NCBI GenBank assembly: GCA_965224465.1 | Contig: OZ245049.1 | Span: forward strand, 4,950,001-4,982,000 | Direction: 5' to 3' | Source: Flavobacteriaceae bacterium | GTDB lineage: Bacteria > Bacteroidota > Bacteroidia > Flavobacteriales > Flavobacteriaceae | Length of the DNA stretch: 32,000 bases | Part shown: positions 1 through 9,038 of the stretch, in pieces | How positions within the stretch are numbered: position 1 is the stretch's first letter | Layout of the letters: every line of letters begins with the position of its first letter | Position numbers and translations under genes: made by a program | The notes under the pieces: model-generated | The model's input: the letters and a program-made list of their open reading frames with translations, nothing else | Told to the model about the DNA's origin: nothing | Databases searched by the model: none

Positions 1-2
1 TA

Positions 3-1349
3 ATCATAATTATCTTAACTACCTTTTATACCGTAAAAGGGGGGATGTTTTCTGTAGTAGCTACGGAAGTATTGCAATATGGAATTATGGTAATCGCTGG
101 AATTTTAGTGGCGGGCTATACTTTTTATGCCATTAGTGATGCTCAAATTGCTGCGGTGATTACCCCAGAATGGCGCTCTGTATTTTTCGGATGGGAATTA
201 GAAACCCATTGGTCGGATAAATACCAAGCGTTTAACGATTTGATCGATTCTGAAGGTTATAAAATGTTTGGTGCTTTGATTGGGATGACTATTTTTAAAG
301 GATTCTTTGCAAGTATTGCAGGGCCTACTCCTAGTTATGATTTACAACGTATTTTATCTACAAAATCGGTAAAAGAAGCTGCTTTAATGAGCGGGTTTAC
401 AAACCTAATATTGTTTATTCCTAGATACTTATTAATTGCTGGGATTGTAGTGGTTGCTTTGGTAGAATTAGCACCTGTAATGGCTGAGAATCCATTGCTT
501 AGTGGAGCTGATTTAGAAGTGATTTTACCCAAAGTAATTAATTTCCATATTCCTGTTGGGATTAAAGGATTGTTATTGGCAGGGTTGTTAGCCGCGTTTA
601 TGTCTACGTTCTCTGCTTTTGTAAATGCAGGACCTGCTTATATTGTAAACGATTTATATAAAAAATATTTCAAGCCAGAGGCAACTGATAAACACTATAT
701 CAGAGCCAGTCATATTGCATCTTTTACCGTTGTAGGATTAGGGGTGTTTATGGGCTTCTTTGCAAATTCTATTAACTCCTTAACGCTTTGGATAACCTCT
801 GCGTTGTTTGGAGGCTATGTAGCAGCAAATTTCTTGAAATGGATTTGGTGGCGTTTTAACGGATGGGGTTATTTCTGGGGAATGTTTGCAGGACTATTTA
901 TTGCTTCTCTACAATTTGTAATGGATAGTTATAAAGGTACATTTACTGAAGGAACATTGATACATGACTTGTCAGAAATAAATGCAATTTATTTATTCCC
1001 TATTATTTTTGGTGTTTCCTTATTAGGATCGTTCTTGGGTACTTGGTTTACAAAACCTACAGATATGGATACCTTAAAATCCTTTTATAAAACCGTACAT
1101 CCTTGGGGTTGGTGGAAACCTGTTTGTGAAGCAATCCAAGAGGAAGATCCAACGTTTACAAAAAACAAGAATTTTTGGTTCGATATGGGGAATAGTGTGA
1201 TTGGTGTGATTTGGCAATCGAGCATGATTGTGTTGCCTATTTATTTTATTATTCGTGATTATCCAAAAGGGTTTATAGCATTAGCTGTATTTTTGGTGAC
1301 TTCAACCATTTTAAAATTCACATGGTACGATAAAATTAAAAATTTATAG
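3..1349 (+). CDS. Sodium:solute symporter (SSF) family transporter, 5'-truncated by the window edge
   Basis: The reading frame is open from nt 3 (..[19 protein letters not shown]..), so the true start lies upstream of the window. The protein is very hydrophobic with many predicted TM segments. SSF-like motifs are present: [11 protein letters not shown] and [18 protein letters not shown]. It sits directly upstream of a cytoplasmic GH130, as in known N-glycan loci. Confidence 0.85.
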   Translation: MIIILTTFYTVKGGMFSVVATEVLQYGIMVIAGILVAGYTFYAISDAQIAAVITPEWRSVFFGWELETHWSDKYQAFNDLIDSEGYKMFGALIGMTIFKGFFASIAGPTPSYDLQRILSTKSVKEAALMSGFTNLILFIPRYLLIAGIVVVALVELAPVMAENPLLSGADLEVILPKVINFHIPVGIKGLLLAGLLAAFMSTFSAFVNAGPAYIVNDLYKKYFKPEATDKHYIRASHIASFTVVGLGVFMGFFANSINSLTLWITSALFGGYVAANFLKWIWWRFNGWGYFWGMFAGLFIASLQFVMDSYKGTFTEGTLIHDLSEINAIYLFPIIFGVSLLGSFLGTWFTKPTDMDTLKSFYKTVHPWGWWKPVCEAIQEEDPTFTKNKNFWFDMGNSVIGVIWQSSMIVLPIYFIIRDYPKGFIALAVFLVTSTILKFTWYDKIKNL

Positions 1350-1398
1350 CACGCTTATAATTAGTAAAAAAAAGTTTCAATTATTAAATAGATATAAA

Positions 1399-2364
1399 AT
1401 GAGTGATATTCCTTGGCAAGATAAACCAGAAGGTAGTAATGATGTAGTGTGGAGATATTCTGAAAATCCTATTATAGATAGATATGCAATTCCTTCTTCA
1501 AATAGTATTTTTAACTCTGCGGTTGTCCCTTTTGAAGGTGGCTTTGCAGGTGTGTTTAGATGTGACAACAAGGCAGTTCAAATGAATATTTTTGCTGGTT
1601 TTAGTAAAAATGGTATTGATTGGGATATCAATCATGATCCTATTGTAATGCAGGCTGGGAATACAGATATGATCGCATCTGATTATAAATACGACCCAAG
1701 AGTTGTGTTTATAGAAGATAGATATTGGATTACTTGGTGTAATGGCTACCATGGTCCCACCATTGGTATTGCATATACGTTTGATTTTAAAGAATTTTTT
1801 CAATGCGAAAATGCCTTTTTACCTTTCAATAGAAATGGGGTGTTATTTCCGCAAAAAATCAATGGGAAATATGCCATGTTAAGTCGTCCAAGCGATAATG
1901 GACACACACCTTTTGGTGATATATATATTAGTTATAGTCCTGATATGAAATATTGGGGGGAACATCGCTGTGTGATGAAAGCAACTCCTTTTGAAGACAG
2001 TGCTTGGCAGTGTACAAAAATAGGTGCGGGTGCTGTTCCTATTTTAACAGAAGAGGGCTGGTTGATGATTTATCACGGTGTAATTAATACGTGTAATGGT
2101 TTTAGATATGCTATGGGATCTGCAATTTTGGATACAGAGGATCCAAGCAAGGTATTGTTTAGAACCCAACCTTATTTATTAGGACCTGCGGAATCGTATG
2201 AACTTACAGGGGATGTACCAAACGTTGTATTTCCATGTGCAGCTTTGCACGATTTTGAGAAAGATAGAATTGCTATTTATTACGGAGCAGCAGATACGGT
2301 AGTCGCCATGGCTTTTGCTAAACTGAGCGAATTGATACAATACACAAAGGATAATAGTTTATAA
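1399..2364 (+). CDS. GH130 beta-1,4-mannoside phosphorylase, likely of the beta-1,4-mannosyl-N-acetylglucosamine or mannosyl-chitobiose type
   Basis: 321 aa with no signal peptide, so cytoplasmic. The size and sequence (NSAVVPF.., [29 protein letters not shown]) are typical of GH130 five-bladed propeller phosphorylases. The context (symporter, GH92, GH20) matches the described Bacteroides BT1033-type locus. Confidence 0.85.
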   Translation: MSDIPWQDKPEGSNDVVWRYSENPIIDRYAIPSSNSIFNSAVVPFEGGFAGVFRCDNKAVQMNIFAGFSKNGIDWDINHDPIVMQAGNTDMIASDYKYDPRVVFIEDRYWITWCNGYHGPTIGIAYTFDFKEFFQCENAFLPFNRNGVLFPQKINGKYAMLSRPSDNGHTPFGDIYISYSPDMKYWGEHRCVMKATPFEDSAWQCTKIGAGAVPILTEEGWLMIYHGVINTCNGFRYAMGSAILDTEDPSKVLFRTQPYLLGPAESYELTGDVPNVVFPCAALHDFEKDRIAIYYGAADTVVAMAFAKLSELIQYTKDNSL

Positions 2365-2375
2365 ACCCATTGATT

Positions 2376-3446
2376 ATGTACTCGAAATTAAATTTTTTAA
2401 GTGCCGTTTTAGGATGTTTTTCATTGATGGCTTGTGCACAGAGTTCGAAGGAAATTATTCCAGAGACCTATGTGGCTTTTCAAACAGATGAAACCATTAC
2501 CATAGATGGTGATGCTTTGGAGAAATCTTGGTCTAAGGTGGAATGGTCCAACGCTTTTATGGATATAGAAGGGATTAAAAAGCCAACGTATAAAACCCAA
2601 GTGAAGATGATGTGGGATCAAAAGTATTTCTACATTTTAGTACAGATGGAAGAGCCGCATGTTTGGGCAGATATTACCCAAAGGGATGCTATAATTTTTC
2701 ATAATAATGATTTTGAAGTGTTTATAGATCCTGATGGTGATACGCATAACTATTACGAATTGGAAATTAACGCCTTGAATACGGTCTGGGACTTGTTCAT
2801 GACCAAACCTTATAGAGAAGAAAATGTGGTCTTGAACGATTGGACATTGACAGGCTTAAAATCTGCTGTAAAAGTACAAGGGACAATTAATAATGCATCT
2901 GATACAGACAAAGGATGGACCTTAGAAATGGCCATTCCTTGGGCAGCTTATAAAAAATCTTATTTCGAAAAAAATGTGCCTAAAAATGACTTCTGGAGGG
3001 TTAATTTTTCTAGAGTCAATTGGGATTTTGACCTTGTAGATGGAAAATACTCTCGAAAAAAAGACAGTAAAGGAAACTATGTACATGAATACAATTGGGT
3101 ATGGTCTCCTATGGGAGTGATAAATATGCATGAACCAGAAAAATGGGGCTATGTGTATTTTAGTTCTAAAAAGGTAGGTGAAACGGATGTATTTACAATT
3201 CCTCAAGACGAAAAAATCAAATGGGAATTATACCGTTTGTTACGTGCTCAAAAATCATATCATTCAAAATATAAAACCTATGCTACGCGTATTGATAGTT
3301 TAATTTCGAAACAAATTATTGTAGATCATAAAACCTTAATTCCTTCGATAGAAAATCATAGCACAGGATGGAATATTACAATAAAAAGCCCTTTTTCACA
3401 TAAAACATTAATTATAAAAGAAGATGGAAAATTCATTTCTAAGTAA
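2376..3446 (+). CDS. Secreted CBM9-like (DOMON-fold, carbohydrate-binding family 9-like) lipoprotein
   Basis: The ATG at 2376 is preferred over the TTG at 2370 used by the ORF track. Lipoprotein signal LGCFSLMAC. CBM9-like signature: ITIDGDALEKSW ... WDQKYFYI ... NDFEVFIDPDGDTHNYYELEINALN. No catalytic motif recognised. Confidence 0.7.
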   Translation: MYSKLNFLSAVLGCFSLMACAQSSKEIIPETYVAFQTDETITIDGDALEKSWSKVEWSNAFMDIEGIKKPTYKTQVKMMWDQKYFYILVQMEEPHVWADITQRDAIIFHNNDFEVFIDPDGDTHNYYELEINALNTVWDLFMTKPYREENVVLNDWTLTGLKSAVKVQGTINNASDTDKGWTLEMAIPWAAYKKSYFEKNVPKNDFWRVNFSRVNWDFDLVDGKYSRKKDSKGNYVHEYNWVWSPMGVINMHEPEKWGYVYFSSKKVGETDVFTIPQDEKIKWELYRLLRAQKSYHSKYKTYATRIDSLISKQIIVDHKTLIPSIENHSTGWNITIKSPFSHKTLIIKEDGKFISK

Positions 3447-4581
3447 AAATTTAATAAAAGTTACCATTATAAGTGTCTTGTTACTTCTTGTAGGTATCGC
3501 AGCATGTACCGATTGTAACCTTTCGAGTAAAGAATCGGTAAAAGAAACAACAAAGGAATCTGTAAAAGAAAAAGATGTTTTTGAATTTGGCGTATGGATT
3601 ACTGCAAAGAACAAAACTTCAAACGAAGCCTATGCCGTAGAATTTAAAAAGTATAAGGATGCGGGAATTGATGAAGTACTGATCAATACAGGAACGGATC
3701 CTGTTTTGTTACAGCGCATTACTCCTGTAGCAATAAAAGCGGGTTTAAAAGTACATGCATGGATTATGACGATGAACCGTCCAGGGGATTCAATAGCATT
3801 GCAACATCCAGAATGGTACGCGGTGAGTAAGGAAGGGAAGTCTTGTTTTGATACCCGTCCTTATGTGGATTATTACCAATGGCTTTGTCCAAATAGAGAA
3901 GCCTCTAGAAATCATATCTTAGGATTGATAGAAGGATTGGCAAAAGTGGATGGGATTGAGAGTGTTCATTTAGATTATATCCGTTTTGCTGATATTTTCT
4001 TACCTATTGGATTGTTACCTAAGTACAATTTAAAGCAGGAAACAGAAATGCCTGAATATGATTTTTGCTACTGTGATGTTTGTTTGGCTAAATTTGAAGC
4101 GCTACATCATAAAAATCCATTAGAAAGTGCCAATACTTCTATCGATATGGAGTGGAAACAGTTTCGTTTAAACAGTGTGAAAAATATTGTGAATGATGCG
4201 TATAAAATTGTTCATAAATACAACAAACGTTTAACAGCTGCTGTTTTTCCTTATCCAGAAATGGCGGATCACATGGTGCGTCAACGTTGGGATAAATGGA
4301 ATATAGATGAAGTGTATCCAATGATATATCACGGGTTTTATAACGAAGAAATAGATTGGATTGGATTTGCTACCAAACAAGGAGTGGATGATGTTAAAGA
4401 CAAGGGAATAGGTGTGAATACCGGTATTTATATGCCTCCGTTTAAATCGGCTGATGAGGTTAAAAAAGCCATTATGCTTGCCAAAAATAATGGAGCTAAA
4501 GGGGTGACTTTCTTTGATGGTCCAGCCTTGACTCCCGAATTTTTAAAAGCAATTAAAGAAACAAAAGATAGTTTAAACTAA
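3424..4581 (+). CDS. Glycoside hydrolase-like family 10 (GHL10/DUF187, YngK-like) lipoprotein of unknown specificity
   Basis: Lipoprotein signal LLLLVGIAAC. TIM-barrel GH-like sequence with the VHLDYIRF motif typical of GHL10. Cys cluster FCYCDVC at nt 4066..4083. The start overlaps the upstream gene by 23 nt. Confidence 0.7.
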   Translation: MENSFLSKNLIKVTIISVLLLLVGIAACTDCNLSSKESVKETTKESVKEKDVFEFGVWITAKNKTSNEAYAVEFKKYKDAGIDEVLINTGTDPVLLQRITPVAIKAGLKVHAWIMTMNRPGDSIALQHPEWYAVSKEGKSCFDTRPYVDYYQWLCPNREASRNHILGLIEGLAKVDGIESVHLDYIRFADIFLPIGLLPKYNLKQETEMPEYDFCYCDVCLAKFEALHHKNPLESANTSIDMEWKQFRLNSVKNIVNDAYKIVHKYNKRLTAAVFPYPEMADHMVRQRWDKWNIDEVYPMIYHGFYNEEIDWIGFATKQGVDDVKDKGIGVNTGIYMPPFKSADEVKKAIMLAKNNGAKGVTFFDGPALTPEFLKAIKETKDSLN

Positions 4582-4587
4582 GAATGA

Positions 4588-6828
4588 ATGCGTAAAACAG
4601 GGCTGTTTATCATAGGAATTATAATGCTTGCCATAGGATGTAAAAATCGAGATGTTCAACCATTAAATTTAGTGGATTATGTAAATCCATTTATTGGGAC
4701 AGATGGCCCTGGAAATACGTATCCTGGGGCTACAGTGCCCTTTGGAATGGTGCAATTAAGCCCAGATATTGGAATACCTGGCTGGGATCGGATTGCAGGA
4801 TATTATTACAAAGATTCTATCATTTCTGGATTCTCCCACCTGCATTTAACAGGTACAGGGGCCGGAGATTTATATGATATTCTTGTGATGCCTACCAACA
4901 GCCGATTCGCTAAGCGTATTCCTGCAAATAATTACAAACCATTTTCGAGTTTTTCTCATCAGAAAGAAACGGCAAGTCCAGGCTATTATAGTGTGGACTT
5001 GTTAGATTATGGGATTAAAGCGGAATTGACGGCGACCCCTAGGACAGGAATTCATCAATATACGTTTCCTAAAGATGACGCTTCTAAAATTACGATCGAT
5101 TTGGGCTATGCCTTAAACTGGGACAGTCCTATTGATACGTATCTTAAAGTAGTTGATAAGAGTACTATTGAAGGCTATAGAAAATCAACGGGTTGGGCAA
5201 AAGACCAACGTGCTTATTTTGTAATCAAAGTATCAAAACCTTTTGATTCGTACCAAATATACAGCAACGATTCTTTGGTGTCATCACCCGTAAAAGGTAA
5301 AAATACACGCATTGTTTTAAATTATAAAACAGATCAGGGAGAACAAATTGTACTTAAAACGGGGCTGTCTACAGCACGTATTTCTGGAGCATACAAATCA
5401 TTAGAAATAGAAGCTCCAGATTTTAATTTTGAAAAGTACAAACGCAATGCTAGTGATTTGTGGGAGAAGCAATTGAATAAAATTGTAATAACAACAAACG
5501 ATACTATAAAAAAACACATATTTTATACCATGATGTATCAATCTATGTTGGCGCCTACCTTATTAAGTGATCTTGATGGAGATTATAAAGGGGCAAATGG
5601 TCACATAGAAAAAGCGGTTGGTTTTGATCGTTATGATACATTTTCTTTATGGGATACCTATCGTGCTGCGCATCCTTTGTACACTATTTTACATCCTGCA
5701 CGGACCTCGGATATGATCAATAGCTTATTGGCGCATTATAAAGAAACAGGGATTTTACCTGTTTGGTCTATGCAAGGGAATGAAACGAATATGATGATCG
5801 GTTACCATGCGGTTCCTGTTATCGTAGATGCTTATTTTAAAGGAATTGAGAATTTTGATGTTGCTTTTGCTTATGAAGCATGCAAAAAAAGTGCAATGGT
5901 AGACACACGTCAGATAGATAAGTATAAAGAATTAGGCTATGTTCCTGTAGCTACCGATCATGAAAACTGGTCAGTTTCTAAAACCTTGGAATATGCTTAT
6001 GACGATTGGTGTATTGCAGAGTTTGCAAAGGCTTTGGGGCATACAAAAGACCAAGCTTATTTTTATAAGAGATCCGAGAATTGGCGTAATTTATATGATA
6101 CTCAGAGTACATTTATGCGTCCAAAATTAGCGGATGGAAATTTTATCAAACAGTTTGTTCCTAAGGAATATTCCATTTATTTTTGTGAGAGTAATGCATG
6201 GCAGTATTTTTGGTCTGTTCCTCAAAATATGGAAGGTTTGATACAAGCTCTTGGAGGAAATCAAGCATTTGAAAAAAAATTAGATACCATGTTTAGTTTG
6301 CGACCTTTAGCAACTGATAAATTGCCTATTTTTAGTACCGGAATGATCGGACAATATGCACATGGAAATGAACCAAGTCATCATGTGGGCTATTTGTATA
6401 ACTATATAGGGAAACCATGGAAAACCCAAAAAATTATTCGAGAAATACTAGAAACACAATATAAAAACACGCCTGATGGACACTGTGGAAATGAAGATTG
6501 TGGTCAAATGTCTTCTTGGTATATTTTTAGTTCTCTTGGCTTTTATCCTGTAAATCCAGCACAAGGCGTGTATAGTTTTGGGGCTCCTTTGTTTGATAAA
6601 GCAGTATTGAATTTGGAAAACGGAAAACAATTTGTGGTAGAGACCCTACATAATAATGATCAGAATTACTACATTCAGTCTGTTGTACTGAATGGAAAAA
6701 CAATCCATCGTAGTTATATCACCCATAAAGAAATTACCCAAGGTGGAACACTTGTGTTTACCATGGGAAATACCCCTAATAAGAAAGGAAAGCATCTGAT
6801 GGCTTTATCTTCAAAAATATATCAATAA
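4588..6828 (+). CDS. GH92 alpha-mannosidase (copy 1)
   Basis: 746 aa with lipoprotein signal MLAIGC. GH92 signatures: VNPFIGTDG, GATVPFGMVQLSPD, SLWDTYRA, HGNEPSHH, GNEDCGQMSSWY. Confidence 0.92.
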   Translation: MRKTGLFIIGIIMLAIGCKNRDVQPLNLVDYVNPFIGTDGPGNTYPGATVPFGMVQLSPDIGIPGWDRIAGYYYKDSIISGFSHLHLTGTGAGDLYDILVMPTNSRFAKRIPANNYKPFSSFSHQKETASPGYYSVDLLDYGIKAELTATPRTGIHQYTFPKDDASKITIDLGYALNWDSPIDTYLKVVDKSTIEGYRKSTGWAKDQRAYFVIKVSKPFDSYQIYSNDSLVSSPVKGKNTRIVLNYKTDQGEQIVLKTGLSTARISGAYKSLEIEAPDFNFEKYKRNASDLWEKQLNKIVITTNDTIKKHIFYTMMYQSMLAPTLLSDLDGDYKGANGHIEKAVGFDRYDTFSLWDTYRAAHPLYTILHPARTSDMINSLLAHYKETGILPVWSMQGNETNMMIGYHAVPVIVDAYFKGIENFDVAFAYEACKKSAMVDTRQIDKYKELGYVPVATDHENWSVSKTLEYAYDDWCIAEFAKALGHTKDQAYFYKRSENWRNLYDTQSTFMRPKLADGNFIKQFVPKEYSIYFCESNAWQYFWSVPQNMEGLIQALGGNQAFEKKLDTMFSLRPLATDKLPIFSTGMIGQYAHGNEPSHHVGYLYNYIGKPWKTQKIIREILETQYKNTPDGHCGNEDCGQMSSWYIFSSLGFYPVNPAQGVYSFGAPLFDKAVLNLENGKQFVVETLHNNDQNYYIQSVVLNGKTIHRSYITHKEITQGGTLVFTMGNTPNKKGKHLMALSSKIYQ

Positions 6829-6841
6829 AAAAACAAAAAAA

Positions 6842-7861
6842 ATGTCTGGTAGAAGAAATTTTATAAAAAAAGCAGCGTTGGGTACTATTGGAATGACTGC
6901 CATTTTGAGTTGTAAAGAAGGAACTAAGGAAACTGCTGAAGTGGTCGTAAAACCCAAGAATACAACACTTAAAAAACCTGTAATTATTTCTACATGGAAT
7001 CATGGATTACCTGCGAATGCTGCCACTTGGGAAAGTTTACACGCACATAAACCTCCGCTAGATGCCATAGAAAAAGGATTGAAAATTCCAGAAGCAGACC
7101 CAAAAGTAAGAAGCGTAGGCTATGGTGGGTTTCCTGATAGAGAAGGAAAAGTAACCTTAGATGCTTGTATTATGGATCATAATAGTGATTGTGGATCCGT
7201 GTGTTTCTTAGAAGGAATAATGCATCCTATTTCTGTTGCAAAACGTGTATTGCAAAATACGCCTCATGTGATGTTATCAGGGGAAGGTGCATTTCAATTT
7301 GCAAAAGAAGAGGGCTTTAAAGAAGAAAATTTACTGACTGCCGAAGCAGAAAAAGATTGGCATAAATGGATGGAGGAATCTAAATACGCTCCAGTAATTA
7401 ATACAGAAAATCACGATACTATTAGCATGTTGGTATTGGATAAAGACGGGAATCTTTCTGGGGGATGTACCACCAGTGGTGCTGCTTGGAAAATGCACGG
7501 TCGTGTTGGTGATTCTCCAATAATTGGTGCAGGCTTGTTTCTTGATAATGATGTGGGTGCAGCCGCTGCTACGGGACTTGGAGAGGCAGTGATTAGAACC
7601 GCAGGTTCTGCCATGGTGGTAGAATTGATGCGTCAAGGAAAATCTCCGAATCAGGCATGTAAAGAAATAGTAGAACGTATTTATAATAAACATAAAAATC
7701 ATAAGGACATGCCTTATTTACAAGTGGGATTTATCGCTTTAAATAATAAAGGTGTTCATGGAGCTTACAGCTTGCGTTCTGGATTCAATTATGCCATACA
7801 TGATCAAAAAGAGGGGAACAGAATGGAAGATGCTGCATTTAAAATGACTTGGGATGATTAG
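6842..7861 (+). CDS. N4-(beta-N-acetylglucosaminyl)-L-asparaginase (glycosylasparaginase, Ntn hydrolase)
   Basis: Twin-arginine-like signal SGRRNFIKKAALG followed by a lipobox-like ILSC. Autoproteolysis and nucleophile site HDTISM. Downstream motifs TTSGAAWKMHGRVGDSPIIGAG and GAAAATGLGE are as in flavobacterial and human aspartylglucosaminidase. Confidence 0.9.
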   Translation: MSGRRNFIKKAALGTIGMTAILSCKEGTKETAEVVVKPKNTTLKKPVIISTWNHGLPANAATWESLHAHKPPLDAIEKGLKIPEADPKVRSVGYGGFPDREGKVTLDACIMDHNSDCGSVCFLEGIMHPISVAKRVLQNTPHVMLSGEGAFQFAKEEGFKEENLLTAEAEKDWHKWMEESKYAPVINTENHDTISMLVLDKDGNLSGGCTTSGAAWKMHGRVGDSPIIGAGLFLDNDVGAAAATGLGEAVIRTAGSAMVVELMRQGKSPNQACKEIVERIYNKHKNHKDMPYLQVGFIALNNKGVHGAYSLRSGFNYAIHDQKEGNRMEDAAFKMTWDD

Positions 7862-8035
7862 CGACTCGCATTGAGTACAGGAGTTTTACCGTCGTGAAAT
7901 GTTAGCTGATAAAAAGAATACAGATTAATTAAACTATATATAACGATCCTTTTTTTTCTTTGGGAATAAACTGAAGGCAGAGAGGATCCTTAACGAATAA
8001 ACGTCATCCTTGTGTATGCAAGGAAACCAATAAAG

Positions 8036-9016
8036 ATGAAGACAAATTACCCTATAAAATTCGAACCAATTTTAAAAGATAAAATTTGGGGAGGTGAAAA
8101 ATTAAAAGCATTGTTTAATAAAAAATCTACACGAAATGATATCGGTGAAAGCTGGGAAATATCTGATGTAAATGGAAATGTTTCTGTGGTGACCAACGGT
8201 GCTTTAAAAGGTCAGGATTTACAAGAAATATTAAAAGCACACAAAGGCAGTTTGGTAGGGCATAAAGTCTATGAAAAATTTGGTGATAATTTCCCCTTGT
8301 TAATCAAATTTATAGATGCGAAAGAAGCCTTGAGCATCCAAGTACACCCAGATGATGTGTTGGCAAAAGAACGTCATAACTCATTCGGAAAAACAGAAAT
8401 GTGGTATGTGATGCAGGCAGAAGCAGCAGGTGATCTGATTGTTGGTTTTAACAAAACTGTAAGCAAAGAATCGTATGTGGAACATTTGAAAAATAAGAAA
8501 TTATTGGAGATAATGAACCAAGAAAAAGTAAAAAAAGGAGCTTGTTATTTTATACCTACGGGGCGTATTCATGCTATTGGAGCAGGTGTTTTATTGGCAG
8601 AAATTCAACAGACAAGTGATATTACTTATAGAGTGTATGATTGGGATCGTGTGGATGATCAAGGGAATGGACGTGAGTTACATACGGAAATGGCATTGGA
8701 TGCTATTGATTATAAAGCCCAAGAAAAATATACGACAGACTATGATACCGTTGTAAATGCATCTTCTCCTATGGTGGATTGTAAATATTTTACGACCAAT
8801 ATGGTGGCTGTAGACGGTACCTTATCCATAGACAATACGGACAAAGATTCCTTTGTGATTTATATGTGTGTGGAAGGTGAAGCAAGCATTCATTATGGTG
8901 ATAATCAGTTTGAAACAGTCTTAAAAGGGGAAACTATTTTAATTCCAGCGAGTTTAAAATCATACCAAATTAAATCGAATATTTATTCAGAATTATTAGA
9001 AGCATATATTAAATAA
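8036..9016 (+). CDS. manA: Mannose-6-phosphate isomerase, class I
   Basis: No signal peptide. Cupin PMI motifs: LSIQVHPD, KTEMWYV, IPTGRIHAIGAG, YRVYDWDR. The ATG at 8036 (MKTNYPIKFEP) is preferred to the GTG at 8012 used by the ORF track. Confidence 0.88.
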   Translation: MKTNYPIKFEPILKDKIWGGEKLKALFNKKSTRNDIGESWEISDVNGNVSVVTNGALKGQDLQEILKAHKGSLVGHKVYEKFGDNFPLLIKFIDAKEALSIQVHPDDVLAKERHNSFGKTEMWYVMQAEAAGDLIVGFNKTVSKESYVEHLKNKKLLEIMNQEKVKKGACYFIPTGRIHAIGAGVLLAEIQQTSDITYRVYDWDRVDDQGNGRELHTEMALDAIDYKAQEKYTTDYDTVVNASSPMVDCKYFTTNMVAVDGTLSIDNTDKDSFVIYMCVEGEASIHYGDNQFETVLKGETILIPASLKSYQIKSNIYSELLEAYIK

Positions 9017-9038
9017 TAGGGAACCACAACATACATTT

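Noticed and set aside
3532-3572. Short direct repeat GAATC(G/T)GTAAAAGAAA x2 near the 5' end of the GHL10 gene
   Set aside because: It simply encodes a duplicated ESVKE motif in the flexible linker after the lipoprotein cysteine. It is not a regulatory repeat or a CRISPR-like array.
2370-8035. ORF-track start codons TTG at 2370 and GTG at 8012
   Set aside because: In-frame ATGs a few codons downstream (2376 and 8036) give N-termini that look native: MYSKLNFLSAV.., which is signal-peptide-like, and MKTNYPIKFEP.., which is a typical PMI start. The longer versions are probably artefacts of longest-ORF calling.
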